Assembly: GCA_937625935.1 (NCBI GenBank)
Contig: OW569366.1
Location: 248,001 to 312,000, forward strand
Source: Tetramitus jugosus
Taxonomy: Eukaryota > Protista > Heterolobosea
Length of the DNA stretch: 64,000 nucleotides
Reading direction: 5' to 3'
Positions 46,160 to 55,655 of the stretch are shown in pieces. The notes beneath the pieces are model-generated. The model had not been told where the DNA came from and did no database searches. It saw only the letters and a program-made list of their open reading frames with translations. Made by a program: the position numbers and the translations under genes. Each line of letters begins with the position of its first letter. The stretch's first letter is position 1.

Positions 46160-46279
46160 GTCTACGTTCATACAATGGTGGAACCACCTCTTCCCATTTC
46201 GAATAGAGAAGTTAACCACCATCTGGCTGAGTTAGTATTGAGATAGGAGACTACTCGAGAACCCTCAGTAATGTAGGCT
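46160..46279 (+). rRNA. 5S ribosomal RNA (solitary copy)
   Basis: GTCTACGTTCATAC..GAAGTTAA..GTTAGTA..GGAGAC..GAA..AATGTAGGCTTTT. Helix I GTCTACGTT/AATGTAGGC, helix II ATGGTGG/CCACCAT and CTGAG/CTCAG all pair; about 120 nt; T-run terminator. Confidence 0.93.
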
Positions 46280-46401
46280 TTTGCTAGTCGTTTTGGACAT
46301 CCAGATGAGCGGACTCAACAAAGCAGGATATAAGTATTGCACTATTCCGAAGACTGTGTGTCGAATATTGAAAAAATGTCGCATGTGTAAATCTTTATTG
46401 T

Positions 46402-47412
46402 TTATAAAGCATCGACTTGTCTGATGACTTCCTTTGACTTCTCCTTGGTCAAATCAGTTCCCATTTGCTTCTTTCTGCTCGCACACTCGTGCACATAACC
46501 GGTCAGATCATCTACACCAGTCAAGTCAGCATAATCAATTGCAACGAGTGCAAACTTTTCATCGTCCACCAATTCACTGTCACTCTCACCGACGTAGAAT
46601 CCGAGCAACGAATCCAAAATTCTGGATCGAATCGATTGAGCAATGGTCTTGGAGTCCTTGTTCTGTACATAGGTGGAAATGTTGGATAGATCAGAGATGA
46701 TGCTCTCAGACTTTGCAACACCCAAGAATTCAATCACACACTGAAGAGACTCCATGAAGGCAGAGCTCTGTTCCTCTGTTAATTTACTGCTGTTGTTGCT
46801 GCTATTTGCTGTTTGTCTATTCTTGTTAATGTCGTCGTTGGTTTGCATAAGAACCAAGTATTCAGCATAGTCAATCACACCGTCTCCATTGGTGTCTACG
46901 CTGTCAAACACTTGATCTGCTGTTTTTGTCATTTTTGTGTTGGTGAGCTTTTCCATGTCATTCATGATCAACTTCCATTCTTCTCTGTCAATTGTGCCGT
47001 TGCCATCTGATGATAGCATATGTATGTGTGAGTGGTGAGTGAATGAAGTTCATTGGTGTTTGTTATTGTTCAACAACAGTTGCCAAATATATAGTTCAAC
47101 AATACGTATAAAAAAGTCATGTCGTTAATATCTATCTGGTTGAGTTCTCTACAATGTTTCTGCAGCAGCTGTAAACAACAATAACAACAATAACAACATA
47201 CCCTTGTCATAATAAGCAAAGCTCAACTTGTAATAAGTGTCCATAAAGTCAGTGTTACCGAATGATTGAGCAAAAGATCCTAATTTTCCAAGAAGAATAG
47301 CCACGTCGGCTGCAAAAGAACCAGTGCTTGGACAGTTGAAGAATTCAAGAACTGGCATCAATTCTCTCTTGAGTTGATCAGAGTTGTTTTTTGCTGGGAA
47401 ACCAATAGCCAT
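46402..47412 (-). CDS. EF-hand calcium-binding protein; intron at 47007-47201
   Basis: Splicing GTATGT..CAG joins YYDK|DGNGTIDREEW, a canonical EF loop; second loop DTNGDGVIDYAEY. Confidence 0.82.
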
Positions 47413-47775
47413 GTTTTTTTTGATGTTGTTTTGTGTGTGGTTGGGGGAGTGGATGACGAGTTTTGTGTTGGAAAAAGTCGTAAATAGTGATATGGACTTG
47501 GTGTGTTTGTTGATTTTGGTGTTCAGAGCTCAATAGCGATATTTACACAAATCACAAATCGCTGAGGAAATTCGTTCTCTTTTGTTTTGGAAGTGGGGCA
47601 AAGGGCGGTTGGGATTGTTCGTTGTTCCACATACGCATATCATCTACTGTGAATCGTTGTCAATGTCTTTCAACGACATTTGACGCTTTACAAGATTGGA
47701 GATCAGGATCACTCCGACTCCTTGACATGGATTTCAAATGTCAAAATAACTTTTTTTAGATAACCCGATTCGTTT

Positions 47776-48744
47776 TCAACTCCTTTGTTTGAGGCATCGC
47801 GTATCTTCGTGGGTCACGAAGCATGAGACACAACAGAATCTCTGAGTGCATTTTGGACAAGTGTACTGTGCACAGTATCCACATATCGAGCAAAAGTGTC
47901 GAGGTGCATGATGAACAGACTTTTCACTCGTGGCAGCCAAGTAACCATCATATTGTTGCTTATTGTTATCCATGAGAAACACCTTTGCTAAATTTCTCTT
48001 TGTGAACGTGAGCGCAGACTCGCCCATTTTTTGTCTCTTGCTTGACTTTTTGTTGGATGGTGTTGCTGATGCTGAGATGTAGGTATTGGAGATTTCAATG
48101 CCCAGATCTTCATCATCGTCATCGTCATTTGCACCACTGCCACCACTACCACCTACATTGTTTCTCTCCAATAACAATAAACGAGATTGCTGCATTTGAT
48201 TTTGAAGCATTTTGGTCTGTGAAATGGCGATCGCAGATTCATCTGATGCCTGCTGTCCTTGTTCATCTGCGGCATAGTCATCATCATCGACCATCATCAT
48301 TGCTTGATCTTGTTCTTCTTTATTCGTCAGACGGAGAGCTGCATCGGTACCAGTTGAAACTGCAAATGCCTTTTCTGTGGTTGCTGCTTTGCTCTTTTTT
48401 GAGGGAGTTTTGGCTTTTTTGGTGGTGGATCTAGGTTTGGATGCAGTCGTTGATTTCTTCTTTTTAGCTGGTGTGACATCTACCGGTGTTGTTGGAGTAT
48501 CAGCTGTTGCAGCAGACTTTTTCTTTTTGCTTGTTGAGCTCTTCTTTGCTGGAGTCTTTTTTGTTGTTGCTGTTGCAGTTGTTGATGGAGGTTCTTGAGA
48601 TACTACAATGTTGGTAGTAGTATTGTGATCTGATTGATGCTGGATTGATGATATAGGTTGTTGTGTCATTGCTGCAGTGACTGCCTCTTGTTGTTGTTGC
48701 AGCTGCATGTGATGATCAAGAACAGCTGAATTCGGTGGGTTCAT
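47776..48744 (-). CDS. ZNHIT1: SWR1 complex subunit SWC6/Vps71 (HIT zinc finger)
   Basis: RLLLLERNN; YLAA....PRHFCSICGYCAQYTCPKCTQRFCCVSCFVTHEDTRCLK. Confidence 0.82.
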   Translation of the reverse strand: MNPPNSAVLDHHMQLQQQQEAVTAAMTQQPISSIQHQSDHNTTTNIVVSQEPPSTTATATTKKTPAKKSSTSKKKKSAATADTPTTPVDVTPAKKKKSTTASKPRSTTKKAKTPSKKSKAATTEKAFAVSTGTDAALRLTNKEEQDQAMMMVDDDDYAADEQGQQASDESAIAISQTKMLQNQMQQSRLLLLERNNVGGSGGSGANDDDDDEDLGIEISNTYISASATPSNKKSSKRQKMGESALTFTKRNLAKVFLMDNNKQQYDGYLAATSEKSVHHAPRHFCSICGYCAQYTCPKCTQRFCCVSCFVTHEDTRCLKQRS

Positions 48745-48996
48745 TGTTTTGCTCGAATTTTTCTGTTCGTAGATTGTTTCTCCGTCTCACATAATTCGAA
48801 TGTTCATTGTCTCTCCGAAAAAAGTTATGACAACACGTTTCGATGAAGGAGTTTTCACTATTCTAAAAAGTCAATCCCATTTTCGACCACACGAACAACA
48901 ACAAAACGCAACAATCAACACTCGGAAAACAACCTTTCGTGTTGATATCACACACACACACACACACACACAACCATCCATTCATAGTAGAGAAAA

Positions 48997-50700
48997 ATGA
49001 AAAAGAGCGTATCATTCGGAGCACTTCAAAACGCATTTGTTCCTCCCTCGTCCAACTCACTCTCTGGTCATTCACAACACCATCCACACCACCATCATTC
49101 ATCATCATCATCATCATCTCATCCTCATCACAGTGCCATTCGATCTTCTTCACCAGCAGCACACGCACGACACTCTCATCATCCCTATCATCACCATCAC
49201 TCCTCTCATCAACAATTGTACTACTCCAATGGTCAATACTTTTATAATCACAGTAATCAAAGTAATGCAAGTGGTAGTGATGGAAGTGCAATGAACCATG
49301 TGAATTTGTCTCCAGGTATGAACAATAACAACAACAATAATAGTGCATCATCGTCACCATCACCATTTCAACAACAACAACAACAACAACAACAACAGTC
49401 ACTACATCAACAAATGATCGAAATCAATGTAGGTGGTCAAATATTTACAACGACATTGGACACGTTGAGATACATTCCAAAGTATTCCATGATGACTCAC
49501 TATTATGATTATGAGAACAACAACAACAACAACAATAACAACAATAACAACAATAACAATAACAATAGCCCTGCAAACAATGAGAGTAATAATAATAGTA
49601 GTAGTGCACCACAATCACAAACATCATCAACGACAACAACAATCACATTACAAGAACCAAATGCTCCCTCCACTCCATCAAACACTCCTACTACTAATTC
49701 TTCCAACAACATGATGCTATTGAATGACAATACCAACTCTAGTATGCACAGTACGAATAGTAACATGAGCAGTGGAATGCAGTCTCCTCATCCTCAACTC
49801 CATCATCAACATTTGCATCACAACAACAACACGTATCAATTCTTGTTCAATGTGCAGTACAATCACGTGAGAGATGATGATGGTAGATTGTTTGTCGATA
49901 GGGATGCTGATTTGTTTCGAATCATTTTGAATTTTGTGAGATCAAAGGGCAATGATATCTATTTACCGTCGGGTGATCGTGTCATGTTGAGACGATTGTT
50001 GTGCGAGGCAGAGTACTATGGTTGGTATTCAACTGGTAATATGCCAGTCAATTTGTTTGAGTCTTGTGTTCGATTGCTGAGAGAGTTGAATGCATCGACG
50101 ACACAACAACAGCAATCGAATTCATCATCTCCATTGTCGCCTTCTTCTGGAATGAGCAATAATAGTAATGGAAGCAATGCAGGTACTAACAATAATAATA
50201 ACGGTAGTGGTAGCGTTAGCGGTAGTGGTGGTACTACAGCAACAATCTTGTTGCGAATGTGTGTGTTTAATAGTAATGCGGCGATTGCAAACTTTGAACC
50301 ATTTCGGTCAACCAGTGGTGCTGTTGTCGTACAAAACTATCAACACATACCCTATACGTCACTAGAGTTTGAACTCGCAGAGGATTCACCCGTAGTTGCG
50401 TCGTGGTACTTTGGTGATTGTGCTGGTGAGTTTGCAGTGTTGTTGGATGGTCACATTCAGCCTACACAGCCCGCATTATGTGGAATCTTGTTGGAGAATC
50501 TGAAAGAGCCTGCTCAATTCGATTATGCCACCAATGCGTTCATCAAGCATGTTCAACAGTGCAAAAAGGGAAAACATCGCATTGAACTGTTGTGGAAATC
50601 GTACAAGAACTGTCGTTATCAACTACAGGGTCCTGTGATCAGTGAGGTTCATCAGATCAACCCTGCAGTGTGTCGAATTATTGGAGAGCCATCGACATGA
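48997..50700 (+). CDS. KCTD-type BTB/POZ (T1) domain protein with a large low-complexity insert
   Basis: IEINVGGQIFTTTLDTL ... LFVDRDADLFRIILNFVRS..LP....LLCEAEYYG. Confidence 0.8.
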   Translation: MKKSVSFGALQNAFVPPSSNSLSGHSQHHPHHHHSSSSSSSHPHHSAIRSSSPAAHARHSHHPYHHHHSSHQQLYYSNGQYFYNHSNQSNASGSDGSAMNHVNLSPGMNNNNNNNSASSSPSPFQQQQQQQQQQSLHQQMIEINVGGQIFTTTLDTLRYIPKYSMMTHYYDYENNNNNNNNNNNNNNNNNSPANNESNNNSSSAPQSQTSSTTTTITLQEPNAPSTPSNTPTTNSSNNMMLLNDNTNSSMHSTNSNMSSGMQSPHPQLHHQHLHHNNNTYQFLFNVQYNHVRDDDGRLFVDRDADLFRIILNFVRSKGNDIYLPSGDRVMLRRLLCEAEYYGWYSTGNMPVNLFESCVRLLRELNASTTQQQQSNSSSPLSPSSGMSNNSNGSNAGTNNNNNGSGSVSGSGGTTATILLRMCVFNSNAAIANFEPFRSTSGAVVVQNYQHIPYTSLEFELAEDSPVVASWYFGDCAGEFAVLLDGHIQPTQPALCGILLENLKEPAQFDYATNAFIKHVQQCKKGKHRIELLWKSYKNCRYQLQGPVISEVHQINPAVCRIIGEPST

Positions 50701-50792
50701 GAATTCGTGTGTGATTCATTGGATTTCAAATGGAAGTGACTATTATTTGGAAAGAAATAACTTAATTTTAATTATCACAGCTGCAGAGTTGT

Positions 50793-53700
50793 TTACTCGC
50801 CCTGTAGGAGACGAGCTAGTTGTGGATGCGTGTACCGATTCATGTACTTTTTCTCCTCTTCAACACATAATCGCTCCTTATGCTTCCGCATGATGTAGCG
50901 TGATATGAGCAGGGTTGCAATGAGCAGTGCTGCACACGTGACGAAGAAAAAGGATGTAGATGAGACTTGAGAAATTACTCGAGAATAAGCTGGAGAGGTT
51001 ACAACAGCCAGAGAGGCAAATAAAAGAGTTAAAAGCGAGGCAATTCCAAATTCTACGCTTCCTACACCTGTTGCCTTATCGTACAGGAAGCAGATCAGGA
51101 ATGTATCCACAAAGTAATTCATCACAAAGAACATCACTCCGGGTATGAACAACATTGGAAATCTTGTACCCAGTGCCGTCAATGTATAGAAGATGTACAG
51201 TGAGATGGAATAGGAAGACACAAAGTTGAATTTTGGTCGCTCTGGAGCTCCACTTGTTTTCCAATTCCGAACAGCAATTGTGACGACGTCCATGAAGAGT
51301 ACCAATCCTTTTGAGACAAACATTTGAGATAGCAGTAGATACATCAACTTCAGTCCAGAGTTGTTGTAGAAAGATTTAGGACTTGTGTCTCTCATTTGCA
51401 AGTCTCCATAGTACGGAGTTAGAAGTGAGGAGAAAGTACACATTAGGGCCGTTTTCAGTAAGTATGACGCCTCAAATCTGGATTTCGTTTTCATTTTCTC
51501 TGCTTTGCCAAAATCTAAAGAAACAAGAATAAAGGGAAGTTAGTTGACATACACTCGAATTGTCACATAAATGGTTTCAATGATACATGCAGTAGAATAT
51601 AAGAGCGAATATTTCGTTGAGAATGGCTAGGAAAATAGGCAGTACATAGTAGGGAATATTAGCCAACTGGGTGATCCACCTTCGATCTAGACTGTTTGCC
51701 AAAACGGTCCATTTTGATTGTCTGAGCTGTATACGAGAGGCTGCACCGTACATTCCATTAAGGACAATATAGATGCACAACAATCCGACTGAAACTAGCA
51801 CAAAGGTTGATGTTGCGACGTAGGAGATGATTGTTCGAACTAAATTTTCGTTTCGTGAGTGATGAAGATTGTCCCATTCGATATCTTCGGGTTCCCAAGT
51901 ACATTGATGAATATTCCAATTCTTGGATCCCAATGCACTGATTCTCAATGAGTGTACAGTGTCTGCCATGTTATCACGTGATTTTGGCGAATGAGCCTTG
52001 ACACAGGTGTCCAAGTATTTTGCACTTCTAAATGTTACAAACGCAGATGTAGATACCACGGGATTGCGCTGAGTGATGGCAAGTATTTTGTCTCTCGTTT
52101 TTTCAATCTTATCGGCAATCTTCGTCTGTTCAGATAGGGTAGAGTCTGAAAGCTGAACCTTTAGATCCTCGTATTGTTTGAAAAGACTGGATATTAGGTG
52201 CATGTCTGGAGTGATAGTAGCACACAAAACTGCATCCTCAATACTGTTCTCGGATGAAATAAACTCTTCTTCCAAGGGATTTGATAGAGTGTTTACAGAG
52301 GAAACGTTTCGTACAATGCTGTTGAAGTGATCACATAATAGTTGTTCGCGCCTTTCAATATCATCAGGATTTGAAACACCTAGATCCACATATCGATTTC
52401 TTTCTACGGATATCTGCAATGGTGGCAAGTTAGAGACTCGCAGCGTTACAGATGACAATTTCTCCCTTCTTCTTTTGAATATCAGCAGCTTTACCGTGAG
52501 CGCCATATTAATCACACAAACAACATAATAGATCGTATTCATCGTAAAATGGGCGGCCGATACCTTTGATCCATCCAATATTTTGCCAAAGGTCGTAATA
52601 GAGAAGTCTGGATAATATTGTTGATTCCTATTGTAGACAACATGAATAGGTAGGAGAGTAGGGAATGTAATGAAAGCGAACAAACCAATCATCAACACGA
52701 TACGTCGATGGAATTTCCACCAATAGTAGGCTGGGAAACCACACTGTCTAATCATTTTTGTCGAATTCAATGTTGCGAACCATTTCAAATCAAGCACCTG
52801 ACGTTCGGATAGTAATCTTTCAACATCTGTTCCACTGTGCTCTCCTTCTTCCCTAATAATATCATCTTCCAGCTCTCGAGACACCTTTTCCCAATTCGCA
52901 TCACTAGTCATTCCATTTGATTTCGCAAACGGACATTTGAAAATAAAAACGACTAGAGTGACAAATGACGCGACAAACAAAGGTACTCCCAGACCCAAGT
53001 GTGGCCCAATCAACATTTCAAAATAAACAGTTCGAGCTCTAATCTTATCAGGTATCTGATAGTGCATGCAGATAGGTTGCTTGCTGGTTCGATTGTACAT
53101 TGCTATCATCATACCAATCTTGTAGTGATTCGGACTGGCTACAATACCCATATCAGACGAATACCAATTCCATATCAACTGTCCACCATTTCCAACTGCA
53201 GTTACCTTCATTTTAGAATCACTAGACAACGTAATGTTGGCTCTCAAGTGTTGGGAGCCTAGTAGATGAAAGAATGAGAAGAGTCTGGGCTTATATTTCG
53301 ATAATGCCTTGGGTGGATTGATAAAATAAGCACCCACAGTCACAATATAGTCCTTTAAAACAGCTTCCAAGTACTTTTCATCATTGCTACTATCATTGTC
53401 GTTCAATGACACAGAGTTGTTCAGTGAGATGTAATGATTGAGAAAGGATTGAGTCAGAGGAAGGATCGGTTGTACCATGAGACCACCTTCCTGCAAATTT
53501 CTCACACTTTTGCTCACTGGCAAATAAATCTGTGCGTACTCCATGCCCATCAAACACTGCTCCAATCGAGTGTACTGAGTGGCACACTGATCAAGTATAG
53601 CAGTTTGTGCTGGATTGACGTCTCCTTCATCCACAGGATACATTTCAGCATATGTCTTTTTCAATGGCGATGAACCATTATGATTCTTGTTCAGGGCGTT

Positions 53701-54066
53701 GAACTCTTCCTCCTCTAACTGCTGTTCTTGTTGTATCTGGATGAGATAGAATGGATTATCCTTGGATTTCTTACGATTGGAGCTTGATCCTCCTCCCTCA
53801 TCACCAATGAAAAAGATTTGAGAAGCATTGTGACATGTGTGAGTCACAGAGTCGATGCATGTGCTCGTCTGTGTACACCATATGCAAACTTGTTGTTTTT
53901 CATTCGATGATGGTAATGTCTGATTGAGACATTGAGTACATGTGCGTTGTTTGGAGCATGCAACAGTCGAAGCTTGTAGTCGTGTTTGTTCTTGGTGACT
54001 AATGAGAATGAGTATCAAAAAAGACAAGCACAACAATGCAAGAAGCAGTATGGAACGCATTGTCAA
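50793..54066 (-). CDS. OSCA/TMEM63 (CSC1)-like channel with signal peptide and extracellular PSI-like N-terminal extension; intron at ~51515-51590
   Basis: TLLPIH, TLRVSNLP, SAFVTF, EPEDIEWDNL and YFVD motifs; N-terminal C..QRTCTQCL...CIWC...STC. Confidence 0.7.
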
Positions 54067-54259
54067 TCATGGGTGTTTGTGTACAAATGGCAAGGGATGT
54101 TCTTCAAAATTTTTCACAAACAAAAACAAAGAGATTCCTGCAGAACTGGATGTTCGAGCAAAGCGGAGTAATCCATCTCGGACATTTTCTAGTTGATGGT
54201 TAGAAGTTGTTCACAACCAAACACGACACTAAAAACATACTCCATTTAAACACAAGAAG

Positions 54260-54410
54260 GGCATCCTTTTGTTTTTTAATTATCCAACTGGTTCCGTGTC
54301 ACAAAAAGGCTGAGTGTAAAAAGTGTTTTTTTGACCTTTTCATTGCCTAGACCAACCTGTTAACCTTTGTTTCCCTCTTCTCGCAACCACACAACCAGCT
54401 CCTTCTCGTC
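54260..54410 (-). mobile_element. Degenerate family-B 3' fragment (outermost member of the tRNA-Tyr stack)
   Basis: KELVV..EKRETKVNRLV*AMKRS is a decayed homologue of 54511-54756; the outer boundary is approximate. Confidence 0.7.
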
Positions 54411-54425
54411 AAGATGTATAAAAAT

Positions 54426-54859
54426 TTTTTTTTTCCATACAACATTTGTTGCCCCTTTATTCTATACACTACAGTGAGACGTGTTGTCGCTCAGAACCGC
54501 AGGTTCTGAGCTATTGTTCACATCTCTTCGCTACTGAGTCTCTCCAGACTTTGTGTAACCGTTTGATGCAAGACCTCTTCATTGCATTCACCAGCCTTTT
54601 AACTTTTGTTTCCCTCTTCTTGCGACCGTGCACAACCAGCTCCTTCATCAACACATCCTTCTGGTCATCCTCTTTTCCCATTAACCCTGCTAAGATTTCT
54701 TCAGTGGAACGACTTGGACTTAGTGGTACCAATTTCCCGTCATCGTAAACCATCATCGAACCATATCTTTAACTTAGCTGGCCTCATAAACTCCAGCTTG
54801 TCCAATTTGGCCTTGAATTCCTCAACCAGTTCCTTTCTTGCCCTTTTGGCTTCATCACA
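54426..54859 (-). mobile_element. 5'-truncated family-B non-LTR element (frameshifted ORF2 end, 3' UTR, poly(A))
   Basis: CDEAKRARKELVEEFK..LEFMRPAKLKIWFD..KRLVNAMKRSCIKR is highly similar to 45553-46044; ends TGTTGTATGG-An; flanked by (G)AGATTTATAAAAAT and AGATGTATAAAAAT. Confidence 0.88.
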
Positions 54860-54874
54860 GAGATTTATAAAAAT

Positions 54875-54946
54875 TTTTTTTTTTTTTTTTTTCCATACAA
54901 CAGTTGTTGCCACTTTATTCAATACACTATGAGACATGTCGTCGAT
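54875..54946 (-). mobile_element. Extremely 5'-truncated family-B insertion (about 54 nt of 3' UTR plus poly(A)), tRNA-Tyr proximal
   Basis: GACATGTCTCATAGTGTATTGAATAAAGTGGCAACAACTGTTGTATGG-A18, nearly identical to 45479-45537; perfect 15-bp TSD GAGATTTATAAAAAT at 54860-54874 and 54947-54961. Confidence 0.88.
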
Positions 54947-54989
54947 GAGATTTATAAAAATATACCCACAAAGTATGGGCAACCACGGA

Positions 54990-55062
54990 CCTCTGATAGC
55001 TCAGATGGTAGAGCATGAGACTGTAGATCTTGTGGTCGCGTGTTCGAGTCACGCTCGGAGGA
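54990..55062 (+). tRNA. tRNA-Tyr (GTA), intronless
   Basis: CCTCTGA TA GCTC AGATGGTA GAGC A TGAGA CTGTAGA TCTTG TGGTC GCGTG TTCGAGT CACGC TCGGAGG A; C1-G72 and A73 Tyr identity elements; T-run downstream. Confidence 0.93.
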
Positions 55063-55078
55063 TTCAATTTTGGTGTTT

Positions 55079-55552
55079 TTATTTCTTGGCTGAGAGGTAC
55101 TGGTTGATGAGATATCCTATGATCAGAATGAACAGGAGAATGCGAATAATGCTCGTTGCTCCACCATTCATGATCTCAGTTTCATGCGGATCGTTTTCAA
55201 TCAGTCTGAACTGTTCACCCAATTCGGAACGAAGTGTGTTTTCAATCTTGGACTTGAGATCCTTGTAGTTGGCACCCATGATTCTGTTTGACTCGTTTCC
55301 GTTCACATAAATGATAAAGGTAGGCATGGCTGTAATCTTACAGAATTGAGCAATATCTGACGTTTGATCCACATCGACCTTTACAAACTGAACATCGCTA
55401 AACTTTTTCACACCATAGTTTTCATCTAGAAATTGAAACTTTGGTGCGATCCATTTGCAGGGTCCGCACCATGTTGCAAAAGCATCCACCACAACAACTT
55501 TGTGATCTTGTAAAACTTGTTTGAACTCTGCGAGAGAAGATGGTTGGATCAT
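55079..55552 (-). CDS. Thioredoxin with C-terminal membrane anchor
   Basis: VVVDAFATWCGPCK, FVKVDVD, ITAMPTF, GAN; tail IIRILLFILIIGYLINQYLSAKK. Confidence 0.9.
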   Translation of the reverse strand: MIQPSSLAEFKQVLQDHKVVVVDAFATWCGPCKWIAPKFQFLDENYGVKKFSDVQFVKVDVDQTSDIAQFCKITAMPTFIIYVNGNESNRIMGANYKDLKSKIENTLRSELGEQFRLIENDPHETEIMNGGATSIIRILLFILIIGYLINQYLSAKK

Positions 55553-55655
55553 GTAATGTTTGATGTGTTTCGTGTTCTTTTGTTTTTGATGGAATTTTAC
55601 TGAAATTGGGAGTTCAGATAATTTAGAAGAGCAGAGATGTTGTCAAGTGAAGTAC

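Noticed and set aside
54740-55268. ORFs 54740-54982 and 54936-55268
   Set aside because: Chance frames crossing poly(A)/TSD junctions, the tRNA and antisense thioredoxin
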